Assembly (NCBI RefSeq): GCF_000143415.4
Contig: NW_003314298.1
Location: 1,472,602-1,536,601 of the forward strand
Origin: Selaginella moellendorffii
Taxonomy: Eukaryota > Plantae > Lycopodiophyta
Reading direction: 5' to 3'
Length of the DNA stretch: 64,000 nt
Program-made: the position numbers and the translations under genes
Shown: positions 47,335 to 59,369 of the stretch, piece after piece
Layout: each line of letters begins with the position of its first letter
Numbering within the stretch: the stretch's first letter is position 1
Notes under the pieces: generated by a model
Database searches by the model: none
Told to the model about the DNA's origin: nothing
The model's input: the letters and a program-made list of their open reading frames with translations, nothing else

Positions 47335-48760
47335 ATAGATAATCCTCAACTTAAGCATTCATGTGTTTGGTTTTCCCATCAGTTTGAAGATGATAAGTTG
47401 TACTAAACTTCAACTTGGTACCAAACAACTGGAACAATATGCCCCAAAACTTCCCCGTAAATCTCAAATATCTATATGAGATCATCTTGCTTTGCATTTA
47501 TTGTTTTCATGGTTGGAATGAAGTGTGCAATCTTTAACAACTGATCCATAATCACCATCAAAGTGTCATAACCCTTAGACTTCGGCAAGCAAGTAACAAA
47601 GTTAAGTGTCACATTTTGAAATGGCCATGCCAGTGCTAGAATGCATTGCAACCTCCCAACTTACTTCTCAGTTTATCGCTTACATGTTGGCAGATTGGGC
47701 AAAAACAAATATAATCCAATACATCACCTTCTATAGCAAACCAAAAAAATCCCTTTTTTAATGAAGCAAGAGTTTGTTGTTTACTACCATGTCCCATTGC
47801 CAGAATATCATGATGCTCCGGAAGAAACATTTATCTTAGATTCTTGGACAAAAGTTACAATCTTTTTTGCTTATAATAAATAAATCCATCCTTAACTAAG
47901 AAATGAAGCTTCGACTAGCAACTTTTGCCACTTCGCTACCAAGGTTCTACTTCAACAACTTTACATAATACAATATTGCCTTTGCTAATGGATCACTTCT
48001 ATAAGAAGCCTAAACATCCTCCAACTAGTCCAAACTGACTATTGATATTACCCATGACAACTCAATGCATTTGGAACAACATTACCTTTACCAAATTTAT
48101 ATACAATTTCAATATCAAATCTAACAAGCTTCTCTTATTAATAAGTCTGCCTTGGCATAAGCTTTTGTTGTGTTGCAAAGTAGCTTAATGTGCTACTATC
48201 TGTGTAAACCTTGGTATGTTTACCCAGATAGTGTCTCCAATGTTCTAATACCAATACTATAGCAAACATCTCTTTCTTATGCATAGGGCATCTTTGTTAA
48301 GTTTCATCTAATTTCTTAGAGTAAAATGTAATAGGACAACTGCAATGCTTTAGCATAATACTAATTGCATTGTCACAATCTTGCTGCAACATAGTATAAT
48401 CTTCTTCAACCATATAAAAACACATTGGCAAACTAGTGTCCAATGAAATGGTATACTACTTTTCATTAAATCAATCTATGAAAGAGCAATACTTGCAAAA
48501 TTGTGAATAAATTTACAATAGTATTTTGCTAAACCGAGAAAGGAATAAATATCTGATATAGTGGTTGAAACTTCTCAAGACTTTACTACTTACCTTCTTT
48601 GGATCTACCTCAATTACACAACCACTAACTATATGCCTAAAAAAGTTCACATACAATTGACTAAAAACACATTTACTCTCCTTAGTATACAGTTTGTGTT
48701 CCCACAACTTTTGAAACACTAACTCCAAATGTTTTAAATAATCCTGAAACAAACACCTAG
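47335..48760 (-). mobile_element. Decayed Ty3/gypsy pol (RT end, RNase H, integrase)
   Basis: HLELVFQKLWEHKLYTKESKCVF...FFRHIVS...VDPKKV; HD...GH.G...T...L...FFW....DV..YI..CPICQ; QTDG. Confidence 0.88.
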
Positions 48761-48960
48761 ATAAGAGTGTGAGAGCTTAAAAAATACCTCTGCAGCTGTG
48801 TCCTTGTCGGATTGAGCTATTCCGAGCTGGAAAGCCAAAAATATAGCATCAGTTAATAGAAAGAGTAGCTATACCTCTGTGGTGCCGCAGACCCAAATCG
48901 ACATTAGCACTCATTTCCATTGATAGAAAAAGGGGAAAATTGCTTAACAGGTTTTTGGGT

Positions 48961-50025
48961 TTATATCACTGGCAATTGCAAACGGGATGGGCTTCGGCAC
49001 TGGACCACGAGGCCCGGGCCCAGCTTCCAGATTGTACTCCAGATTTGCAGTCCAAAGCTCGCGATCGACTCGCGCAAGACGAGAAGTAGCAATCTTTCTC
49101 TAGAAACTAGGAGATTTGAATGGACCTGGGCCGTGAATCGGCGCTGGTTGGAATCCGTGATCGCGGCGATCTGCCAGGAGACGGAATCCGGGAAGAAACC
49201 GTGGATGATCCGCCAAAGATTGTCCTGGATGTCGAATTGAGCGAGGATTTGAGGCGTGGAGCTCACCCCCCAGATGCAAAAGAAACCACTCCCATCCTCG
49301 CGTAGCGCCAAGCACAGCAAGCTCAAAAATCCTCGCGTAGTGATCGCATCCACGCTCGCCACTGATCTTCTCGCCTTGGATAGTTTGGCATCTGCTAGAT
49401 CGAAGAGGCAAACACCCCAGTTGGATCCCCACAGAGAAATCGGTCCCGCCAAGACGATCCCATAGCCACCACCGCTCTTCTTCCACATCGCGAGAGCCTC
49501 AATGATAGAAAACCCCTCATCGACCGACAAAATGCGCCGCGCGGTACCGCGGAGTGACGCGGGCGTCATGGGGTCGAATACCGCCAGCGCGGCGGGCTTT
49601 GTAGGCGACGCGCTGTAGACGCAGCTCACTAGCCCGTGTGCGCTGGTGGCAAGGCAGGGACCGGTCCACCGCGACTGGCATTTCTTTCCAAGAAAGCCCG
49701 AGACAGAGCCCAGCGAGAACCACTGACGGCATGCCGCGCTGTACGCCACCAGCTGCTCTTTCCCACCGCTGGGCCTCTCGTGCCCACGTTTGTGCAGCAA
49801 GAGCCAGGCTGTTTCACGCGACGCCGACGTTCGCCGGATGGACGGCTTGATGGTAAGCTCCCGCCACGCACGGCATACCGCACTGCACCGTGCGACGTCG
49901 CGCAACGGTAGCCGCGAGAGGATGAGTACCGTCACGTCACTGGCGATACCGTGGCTGCCGGACTCTTCTTTCTTGATCTCCTTACCAACCATCGCGACCG
50001 TTGAAAAAGGTCGAATATTCTCCAT
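48961..50025 (-). CDS. F-box protein, intronless
   Basis: IASDVTVLILSRLPLRDVARCSAVCRAWRELT F-box motif, followed by a divergent beta-rich domain (SAHGLV). Confidence 0.8.
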   Translation of the reverse strand: MENIRPFSTVAMVGKEIKKEESGSHGIASDVTVLILSRLPLRDVARCSAVCRAWRELTIKPSIRRTSASRETAWLLLHKRGHERPSGGKEQLVAYSAACRQWFSLGSVSGFLGKKCQSRWTGPCLATSAHGLVSCVYSASPTKPAALAVFDPMTPASLRGTARRILSVDEGFSIIEALAMWKKSGGGYGIVLAGPISLWGSNWGVCLFDLADAKLSKARRSVASVDAITTRGFLSLLCLALREDGSGFFCIWGVSSTPQILAQFDIQDNLWRIIHGFFPDSVSWQIAAITDSNQRRFTAQVHSNLLVSRERLLLLVLRESIASFGLQIWSTIWKLGPGLVVQCRSPSRLQLPVI

Positions 50026-50372
50026 CTTTTTTGGTTCTTTGCAAGCTTTTACACCAAAATCATTTATATTTGACTTTTCATAACCATAATAAGGTGGGGT
50101 TCAGGGTTTAGGGTCACTATGTCAGCTCTCACCAGACAAATTGTGGTGTGCGGACCAAGTCTTGTAGCATCAAGTTCTGTACACAGTGCTACAAGACTCA
50201 ATGTTTCTAGGAAGAACATTGGAGCGAAGCTTGTTGCAAGGTAAGACTAGGTCTTATTAAAGATTTGATCTCAGATTGGTTCTTTTTTCCAAGAAACAAC
50301 CCACGAGCTTTTTGCACGAGAGCTCAAGCTAAAGCTAATGATAGAGATGATGAAAAGACTAGAGAAGTGAAG

Positions 50373-50699
50373 ATGAGCTTTATGAAGATGAGGTTGGTGG
50401 ACGACACAATTACAATTATCCGTCTCCTTGGGGTACTATGTTTTGTGGCCTGTTATGAGGGCGGGTATCGCCTTTTGGTTTTCACTTTGGCCATGACCTT
50501 GTTTTGCGGTGGTGGCGCAATAGTCTTGAGTTTGGGTTTTACGTTGGCGGTGGTGGCTGTGGAGTTCTTAATAGTGATGCCTTGCAGATTGGTATGGCTA
50601 CTACTGCAGCATGTCAACATATCTGCCGTGAAACATGTGCTAGTGCAGCAAATCAAGGTGTCTGCTGCGGAAATTGCATTGATTTTGACCAAGCGATAA
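50373..50699 (+). CDS. Putative small hydrophobic (multi-TM) orphan protein, 108 aa
   Basis: ATG-initiated ORF with several hydrophobic segments; no recognised family. Confidence 0.3.
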   Translation: MSFMKMRLVDDTITIIRLLGVLCFVACYEGGYRLLVFTLAMTLFCGGGAIVLSLGFTLAVVAVEFLIVMPCRLVWLLLQHVNISAVKHVLVQQIKVSAAEIALILTKR

Positions 50700-50787
50700 A
50701 ACGAATTTGTTGACTTTCTTATTAGTAAAATCCAAATTTCTCTTAAAGAATATTCGCGCATTTTATTTACACCGTTTTCCATTCTTT

Positions 50788-53762
50788 TTACATCTTGGGA
50801 GCTATCCTAGAAAAGACACTTTTCACGGGTTCATTATCTTTTTCCACCGTGGTGGTGTCAACATGGTGGCGGTGGTGGTGGCGATGGTGGCTTTCATGGC
50901 TTCTACTGCGCTCTTGCTCCTCCTGCTTCACCCTTAGAAACACCGACACTCTCCTCGACGAAGGCAATGGCTCCTCCTCTCCTCTCCTGCGCTTTGATTC
51001 CTCGCGAGACAAGGATGATTTGTAAGTACTTCTCGACCTGTAACTCTCGCCTCGATCGCGATCTTGCTCTCGCTTTCGATCTCGAACCGACGATGGCTTG
51101 TGTCTTTCGCCTGCGTTGCTGTGACCTTCATGGTGGCTCGACCTTCTATCCCTGCTGGTATCTCTGCGCTCCGAATCTCTTTCCCTGTAATCGTACTCCT
51201 CGCTCCGGCGCTTCCTCGAGGAACTGTCCTCCCCGTTTTGATCCCTGCTGTGAACGTTTTTAGCCAGTGAAGCCAAGCTCTGAATGCCAAGCCTACCTCT
51301 TTTGATGCTCGTGCTTTCTCCACGCTTCCGCCTTCTTGGCCTCGAATTCCTCGCAACTCATCGGAGGATACTTTCCGTATGGCGGATACTCAGCAAAGTC
51401 TCTGCAAACAATTTAAAGTGAGTGTGAGAAGCAAAAGAACCAAGCCAAGACGATCTACACAAGTACCTTTGAGGAAAAGGTGGCGGAACCATTCCCGCGT
51501 AAGCATATGGATCCGGCAGCAAAGGAGGTCCATTAAACGGGACGTCGAATGGAACTCCATAGCCACCATTGTAAGGCCCTCCGTAAGGCATCATAAAACC
51601 ATCTCCGATTGGATGAGGGGCCCAGAAAGGAGCTCCGTAAGGTCCAATTCCGTCAGGCATCCACGGCATTTGCTGGCCTGAATAGTTTAGTTTACCAAGT
51701 CAGTAAGAAAAAACCGGAGCATCGAAATCGAGGGAAAAGTACCTAGAGGAGTCTGCTTTGGCGGGCGCACTCGCTTCGGCTTGTTCTTCTTCGCTTGCTG
51801 ACCCGGATTTCCTTCTTCGTTGGTATTTCCATCCGGAGGAGCGTCTTTCAAGCTGGCCGACTCCACCTCTGCCTCGTCACCTTGCGAAGTAGCTTCCGGA
51901 GCCGGAGTTTTATGAGGGGCATCCTTCACCTCCGTCGTAACAGCCTTTTCCAAGGTCTGCGATTGATCTTTCACTGAGGCCGATAGAACAGGAGAGGCTG
52001 CTTTTGCTAGAGGCAACACTGACTCCATATCTGTGAACAATGTATTAGATTTAAATCTTCTCGACTCAAAACACACAACTTACCAGGAAGAATAACCTTG
52101 CTGCCATGATTCTCGGTGCTGCTCGTGGCCGCGTTTGATTCCAGAAGCCTCTCGATCGCATCACGTAATGTCTTGTTTGGAAGGAGGTCGTCGGCAAGCA
52201 CATGTGTCGCTCCACAGACGCATTTGCCTTTGGAAATGATCTCATTTCGGATGCCTATAAAACCAGGACGTTAAAAAACACTGGCACTGAATTCTTCGCA
52301 ATTGAAGCTTACATCTGTCACAGTAGCTCTTGAAGCAGCATTTACTCGTCAACACGGCGTCCTTAAGAACGTCCTTGCACAAGGGGCAGCGGAGTTCCGG
52401 AGGAACCTCGTTCACAACTTTATTTGACGTTAGTGAAACCACTTCTTTCTCGAAAAGCTCTCTGCAAAAGGTGCAAAAACATGTGATATAAATGTCAGGA
52501 AAGTGAAGTGCGCATGTACGTGCTCACGTACTCGTTTGGCCGCAAAACAGCGATCTCTCCATTCGGCATCGCATAAGAGCCATCGGGGTTCGCTACAAGC
52601 ATAGTTCTGGGAATGCCAGTAGGAAGCTTGACTCTCTTAATGTTGTACGAGGGATCCTTGTTTGTAGGACAATGCTGGATGTAATGGCCTGTAACCACGA
52701 GAAATAACCGGTAAAGAAAAAACCCTCTGCAAGAGAATGAGCTTTACCTGGTTCATTGCACCGATGACAAACATAACCATCCGGAGGAGTTTTTCTCATG
52801 AAGCCCGTGCCTAGAAAAGCAGAAGGAGCGTAAACAAAAAAGCAACAAAAAGAAAAAAAATGGTTTCGTCATCATCCAAACCTCTTCCCATTCCTCGTCC
52901 GCCGCCACCACGACCTCTGCCTCCCACAAAAGCTTGCTGTGTTTGCCTGCCACGCACGAGAGTTAAAATACAAAACAAGCCTTCAACGTAAAGACACACG
53001 ACGATACCTTTGCCACTCGGAGGCCGACGCGTCGCAAAACGCTTTGATCTTTGCCTCTTCCTCGGCTTTAGCCGCAGCATCAGCCACAGGAACAGTAGCT
53101 TGCGGAACTTGTTGGGCCTTTGAAGTTTGCGGGTCCTCGTATAAGTCGACACCAAAATCATCGCTCCAATCGGACTGGACAAAAGGCAAAGGATCTCATG
53201 AGAAAAAAAGATTGACAAAAACGAAACACTCGAAACTTACAGTGGTCGTCTTGACAGGATTTTCCACCTTGCTCAAGAGTTCCTCCACAACTTTGGGCCT
53301 GCCAAATACTCCAGAGCCATAAACACAGCACACATAGAAAGCGATGAAAAAAAAAATGCTTACTCTGGCTTGGGCTCCGTGATGACGGGAACTCGAACTC
53401 GAAAAGTCCCTGGAACGCGACGAACCAGTACCGACGTGTTCTTGGGCACGAGAAATCCTTCGTCGGCATACTCTGCGAGCACACACATTTTTCCAAAACC
53501 CACAAACACGTAAGCCCGAGATGAAACCCAGATCAGGCGAAGCTCGAAAGAAAGAAGAAACGAAATCGAAAAAAAGAGTAGAAAAGTTTATCAAACCTTC
53601 GTTAGTTTGGGAATTGGAAATCAAGAGATCAAAATCTGGAGGCCTTTCGAGCCTCATCTTGTCAACAATCCTCTCCTTGAGCTGGAGAATGGATAGAAAG
53701 GGGCCCTCAACAGGAACAGCGCTGTAGTCTTTGGCACTCTTAAACTTGTAATAAACAGCCAT
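50788..53762 (-). CDS. DWNN / zinc-knuckle / RING E3 ligase (RBBP6/Mpe1/PQT3-like), multi-exon
   Basis: MAVYYKFKSAKDY (DWNN), PPDGYVCHRCNEPGHYIQHCPTN, TGIPRTML, PELRCPLCKDVLKDAVLTSKCCFKSYCDRC, RS-rich tail, SVFSRI. Confidence 0.93.
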
Positions 53763-54214
53763 AGCCTTTTTTTTTTTTTCTTTTTTTTCTTAGAGAATGG
53801 AACGAAAAAGAATGAAACACAGCAGAGATCCTGGAGCGATCTAAGGCAACAAAAGAATCTCCTAGAACCCTAGAACAAAACAATCAGATGGAGATGGAGC
53901 GGCGAGCGCCTAGCGCGAATTGGTCCTCCGGATCTTCGCGGAGAGAAAAGAGGGAGCCCTGGCGCCGCCGAGCCGCTGCGCGTCCTTCACTCTTCCCCTT
54001 TGGCGAATGGCCCCAAACCCTAACAAGGGGTGTCATTCAAGCGCGTTTAAAGGGGCAGGGAATATTCGATCTCCTGATCCAGCCGCCGGTTTGATCCGCC
54101 GGCTGACAAGACACGAAAATGCCACGTGTAGATAGATTGGGAGGGAAAGTTAGAATGGAGGTTTGGATCTAAAGTTTGAGATTGATTGATTACCTGATCG
54201 AGAAATCGATGGAT

Positions 54215-56162
54215 TTACAATAGCTTATCAAAATGAAAGAGATGACCACGAACTTGGTAAGTGTAAGTTGTATAGAGCAGCGCTGCAGCAGTCACGGAAC
54301 CAAACGATACAAGGACTAGATATCCAAACTCCTGGAATGAAAGAAACATCATAGAAATAGTTGGAGAAGAAACTAGAGAAAAAAAATTTGATTGGATTAC
54401 CTGAGGAGACGCGACGATCATACCCATGACAAAGGAGAGCATTTCTAGAGACGATTGCAAGGAGTTTTGAACGCCACCGACAACTCCACGCTCGCTCTCC
54501 GGAACGCTAGACTGAATTCAACGAAGGAAGGACATTAGAACACGAAGCAATAAAAAACAAACGAGAAGAATATCTTACCTGCATAAGCTGAGTGACTGCC
54601 AGATCAAACGACCACAATCCGAAACGAGAGGCGATGATGCCGACGATGAGCAGCGCCGAAGAAAGTGCCGGCGTGTTTATGAAGATCGAAGCCACGCAAA
54701 TCAAAAGGCAAGACCACTGAGACAATGAAAAGAAGCGCTCAAAGGTAGACCCAAAATCGAGAACTAAACTTTAGAAATAGTTTTGTTACCTGCATCCAGA
54801 TCGACCAAAGCCCAGTTCGAACGGTTTGGAGATTCGCATGCATTACAGGATAGCAGTAAGTAGCAGCGACTCCCACACACGCTGAGACGCCTCGAGCAAG
54901 GCCGATCACATACGCCGGTACTTTCTTCCATTGCAAAGCTGCGGTCATCAGCGAACCAAAGCTGGAAAAACAAGAAGAAATTAAAAATTAAAGCCACAGA
55001 AAAATGAAAAAAGAGAATCGAGGAGCTTGCCTTAAGACTGTGAAGTAAATAAGAGCTAGAGCCACACCAGCAAGCACAGGCTCTTGCTTGAAATATATCC
55101 ACCATCCCTGTACCAGAGAAAACTTTTCCTCTGTGCTTTGCTCTACCCGGTGATCGCTAGGTTTTTCGCCGGCTGTTAGATTCTCGGTGTCCTCTTGGTT
55201 GACAGCGGAAACGCTCTCAATGAGCTCTGGAATGGCTGAAATAGCCGAGACGAGAAGCCAGTACTCCACTCCCAGTGAAAGCAAGTTCCAGGCGGCAATG
55301 AGGACGATGCAAGCTAGAAGCGAGACGCTGCTCATGAGGATTCCAACAAAAACTGGAGCCAGAAGCTTGCAAGCCAAGTCGATGCGTCTCATTGTCGTGT
55401 TCATCTCCACGAGTAAGTCGGGTCTTCTACGTGAAATGCTCACGACCCTGTCACAAAATCGTGGAAGTTCACTCCACTGCTTGCTTAAACAATGTCAACT
55501 TACATACCAGTCTCGTTCCAAGAGGATGTTGCAACCGAGCCCAGCGAGAGAGCCAACAGCACCGAAGATATCGATCACACCAACAGTAGCAAAGAACACG
55601 GGCAGGGCTTTGATGGGCCGCAAAAGAAGAAGGATCATTAGCAAGGATGCAACAAGAACCGAGCCATTGCGTAGTCCAACCGAGACTTGTATCACCTGCA
55701 AGTCAGATGTGAAACTTTGATCATTTCTGGCAATCACAAAACTTGAAGAAAAAAAAGACTAAGGATCACTTACTGTCAAGGGAAACGTTTTATCGATCCA
55801 TTCTCCAACGTAGACACCCAACACAGCGATGCTAAGAGCTTCCCCGAGACCATACACCGCCGTGAGCACCAAAGACTTGGGCCAAATGCTTATCATAAAG
55901 AGCGACACATAGAAATCCCACATCCTGGGCGAACACAGGAATCAAATCTTAAACCTCTGATCGATCTTGAGCGAAGAACTCACCCGGCCCCCCATCGCGC
56001 AAGAAAATGCGCCGCATAGATGAAGTGGAGCGTCCGCTTGAATCCGAGTCCATCGCTCGCGGAGAAATCGTCCACATTTTGCGATCGCTCTTCTTCCGGA
56101 ATCCCGCCATCGGCGACGCTACTGGAATCTGTGAGAAGGCGCAATGTGAGAGAAGGATCCAT
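54215..56162 (-). CDS. Ferroportin / IREG (SLC40) metal exporter, multi-exon
   Basis: YAAHFLARWGARMWDF, ILLERDW, MNTTMRRIDLACKLLAP, YFTVLSFGSLMTA, SRFGLWSFDLAVTQLMQ, ERGVVGGVQNSLQS. Confidence 0.95.
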
Positions 56163-56491
56163 CGATTGGAGAAGCACAAACCCTAGAACCTAGAGAAGAG
56201 AACGCCTTCTGGATGCTACCTTTACCTGGTTGAAACCTCTCGTATGGCTGCATTAACTTACACAAAAAGAAATGGTTAGGTGATTAAAAAATGAAACCAT
56301 GTAAGTCAAACTCACTTTAATAGACTTCTTTAAAGTTTATTTTCGAGCGAGAGAAAAGATGGCAAATCTCATTAAGGCTTTTATACCTTTACTAAAATTG
56401 TTTAAAGTAAACATTATATGTTTAGTATTAATAACTATTGTTAATACTAAGAAGAGTCAACGGTCGGAATGGTTGGCTTCTAGAAACTTGG

Positions 56492-56523
56492 TCCGGGTTC
56501 GACTCCCGGATAATGCATTTTTT
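56492..56523 (+). other. tRNA-like T-arm / B-box fragment with an oligo-T run
   Basis: TCCGGG-TTCGACT-CCCGGA stem-loop, then TAATGCA and T6; no complete cloverleaf found. Confidence 0.35.
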
Positions 56524-56947
56524 AAGACCCCATGGCCGCCTTCTCCAGGTTGCGAATCCCATACGCCAGGAACTCCTCTTGCGCTTGTTTGCTCTTGGAG
56601 CTACTGGAGCTCATCGTGAAGCTCCACTCGATCAAGCAACACCCCTCGCCCAGCGCCGTGAGCTTCATCGTCGCGGTGTAATCCTCGAGACCCATGTTGC
56701 CATCGACGATCTTGTAAGCCAGGGAGTGGCTCCAGTTATCGAGATAGATGAGCTCTTCCTTGACCGAGATCGACAAACCTCGAGCATCCGGATAGGACCG
56801 ACAAAACCTCACGTTCCTCTCGATCTCGTAGCACTCTTGGATGCTTGGAACCCAGCGGTGCAGCGAGAAGAAATCCGAGGCCACGCTCCAAGCCGCCGAC
56901 AGAGGAGCCTTGATCGTCGCCGAAACTCTTCCTCGCACCATCTTCAT
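56522..56947 (-). CDS. START/Bet v1-fold polyketide-cyclase-2 protein (lachrymatory-factor-synthase-like)
   Basis: GRVSATIKAP...AWSVASDF..LHRWVP.I..C, VRFC, VKEELI.LD...HSLAYKIVDGNMG...Y.ATM, IEWSF. Confidence 0.82.
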   Translation of the reverse strand: MKMVRGRVSATIKAPLSAAWSVASDFFSLHRWVPSIQECYEIERNVRFCRSYPDARGLSISVKEELIYLDNWSHSLAYKIVDGNMGLEDYTATMKLTALGEGCCLIEWSFTMSSSSSKSKQAQEEFLAYGIRNLEKAAMGS

Positions 56948-57616
56948 CTTGATCACCCGGGTCACGCGAAAGATCACAGAGATCACAGAGAACTACAAAG
57001 ATAATCGATCGATTCGTGAGAGACGAGCGAGTTCGATGACTGCAAAGGAAGAGTGTTTGGCTCGTTTTATACTCGACGAGTGGCTGCTCATAGAAGCTGA
57101 CTTTTGCAAACCAAAATGGCGGCCGCTCGCTCGCGTCAGAGCTGCTTTTTTCAACCACAGAGCAGCGTTTTTCGATTGAAATCTTCCACAGGTAAGCTTT
57201 TGTACGACACACTTCGTATAGCACTTTGTCCGACTCGTAGCTCTACACGTGTCTCTGTACAAGATCATATCAAAAACTCTTGTACGATCGTACAGCTAAA
57301 GAACCTTGTCCGACTCGTAGCTTTACGCGTCTCTCTCCAAAACCCATATTTTTCACGAGAGAAAAACTGGAAAACTTTGCGAGTGTTTATGTTCCCGAGC
57401 GTACTCTCTCCATCTTTGCAGCTGCCATGGGCCTTTCTTTTCTTCTAATGCGTGTTTTTCGCTGTTAGTCAAGCCAGTTTATTTTGACAAAGTTCTCTAC
57501 GTTGGGATTGGAAAATCCAAGTTTGACCAGGAGGAGTGAATCTTTAACCCCTTTCTTATCCCCAAGAAAAGCATATTATCAGTGTAAAAATAGGCCGGGC
57601 AAACCCTCGAGGGAAA

Positions 57617-58222
57617 ATGGGGAGGAAGCCGACGGACTTGGTGTACATCAGGGAAGAAACCAAGCGGAGGAACACTTTCAGGAAGAGGTGGGAGGGCGCG
57701 AGAAAGAAAGCGGAGGAGCTCCACATACTCACGCGAGCTCGGGTGAGACTCATGGCGAGGTTTGAGGGTGTCTTGTATGTGTATAACAGTAGTGCGGAAT
57801 CCGATGTAAACAATGGGGTGGCGGACAATGATCATCAACAAACGCAAGATGATGTGAATACGAGCAGCGTGGACGACAATGGAGAGGAAGAAGATTGTGG
57901 CAGTGAGAATGAAAATGTGTATGAGAACGACGAGAATGAGAATGGTGACGAAGATGATGAAGAGGAGAGCGACGGCGATGGTGATGGCGATGGTGATTGG
58001 GATGGTAATGGTGAGGCCACTTTCAAGCCCTACCAACTCAACTTCAGTGACTTTTCCAGCGATTTGAGCTTTGCGAGCAGGGATGCGGTGGTTCCACAGG
58101 ATTTGGAGTGGTGTTTTGAGAGGAAAACTCTGGAGCAGCAGCAGCAGACGACTGCTGTGACCAAAGTGAACTACTCGGAGTTGCTTACTGAGGACGAAGT
58201 CAACGGCTTCCTCAACTTCTGA
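57617..58222 (+). CDS. Divergent type I MADS-box protein with an acidic tract, intronless
   Basis: MGRKPTDLVYIREETKRRNTFRKRWEGARKKAEELHILT. Confidence 0.8.
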   Translation: MGRKPTDLVYIREETKRRNTFRKRWEGARKKAEELHILTRARVRLMARFEGVLYVYNSSAESDVNNGVADNDHQQTQDDVNTSSVDDNGEEEDCGSENENVYENDENENGDEDDEEESDGDGDGDGDWDGNGEATFKPYQLNFSDFSSDLSFASRDAVVPQDLEWCFERKTLEQQQQTTAVTKVNYSELLTEDEVNGFLNF

Positions 58223-58382
58223 CCGAGAGAAGTTTCTGTACATACAAGTATTGTTAGGGCTTCCTTGTCATCAAATGTAAATAAATCACTAACCTTGGAG
58301 GTTCCAATACTTGAACGCTGCCACGTCAGCGTGCCTCCTCCAAGGCACTGATTCAAAGTTTAGGGCACAGGATTAGAAGGCA

Positions 58383-59312
58383 ATGGACAGCGACGAGAGC
58401 GACGAGGACGATGGGTGGAGCGCCAGCGTACGAATCATCACGCCACTGGACATGGACGCCACCGTCACGTTTAGCGACGTCGACGACGGGCCGAGCCACT
58501 GCTGCCACCACCACCACCACGATTGCCACAGAGAGATCGCTTCCAGCCGCGACGCGATCGATCTGATCGGCCCGCCGGATCCCGACCCCGAGTATCGCGA
58601 CGATCACGACGACAATGTGTGCCCAGATTGTAAGGACAGCCACATCCTGGAGTGGAGTGGCGGCCCATCGCTGCCAAGAACATACCGCGAGGTTTGCCCC
58701 GCAGGCCAGTGCGATCAGTCATCCATCTCTTTGATCGACTCCTCTCTCCCTCGCCCCTACAATCCCCCAGTCTCCAATCCCCACTCGAGCACTGCCTCCA
58801 ATACCTCCGCCGAGGATCAAGAGGTCGATCGAATCACCATCCGCGCCAGCGAGAGAGACATCGATCACATCACAATCCGGGCGAGGAGCCGATCCCCCGA
58901 GCGCGTCACGGTGAGCGTCACGGATCACCACTGCTGCCCGGAGCACCCGTGCTCTTCCTCCCAATCGCGCGATCGATCGTCCTCACCCAGCGGCGCGGTG
59001 GATCGCATCCGGATCCTGGTGGACAGCGAGGTGGACCACAAGATGGGGCAGCTGCGCAGCGAGATTGGCGCGCTGGACGACCGACTGGGAGATCGCATCG
59101 AGCGCGCCATCGACTCGGTGGTGGCCAGCAAGCTCATGGACATCACGGATTGCACATCGGAGAGAGTGCTCCGCCGGATCAACTGTATGATCGATTGCAA
59201 GATGAAAGAAGCGATGGAGATGGCCGACTGCGCCGTGAATTCACGGCTCCGGGATGCGCTGGAGGCGGTGATGAAGGATCTACAGCGTTGCAAGAATAGA
59301 TTAAACTCGTAG
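58383..59312 (+). CDS. Uncharacterized intronless protein (His/Cys clusters, Ser/Pro linker, C-terminal helical region)
   Basis: 309-aa ORF, GC3-rich codons, good start context (GCAATGG). Confidence 0.65.
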   Translation: MDSDESDEDDGWSASVRIITPLDMDATVTFSDVDDGPSHCCHHHHHDCHREIASSRDAIDLIGPPDPDPEYRDDHDDNVCPDCKDSHILEWSGGPSLPRTYREVCPAGQCDQSSISLIDSSLPRPYNPPVSNPHSSTASNTSAEDQEVDRITIRASERDIDHITIRARSRSPERVTVSVTDHHCCPEHPCSSSQSRDRSSSPSGAVDRIRILVDSEVDHKMGQLRSEIGALDDRLGDRIERAIDSVVASKLMDITDCTSERVLRRINCMIDCKMKEAMEMADCAVNSRLRDALEAVMKDLQRCKNRLNS

Positions 59313-59369
59313 CCAGGAAGAAGGATAAATTCGAAGAGCCCTAGATTCCATTTGCCCTAAAAACTGAGT

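Noticed and set aside
56522-56947. Possible PYR/PYL ABA receptor
   Set aside because: Lacks the SGLPA gate and HRL latch; it is a generic START-fold protein.
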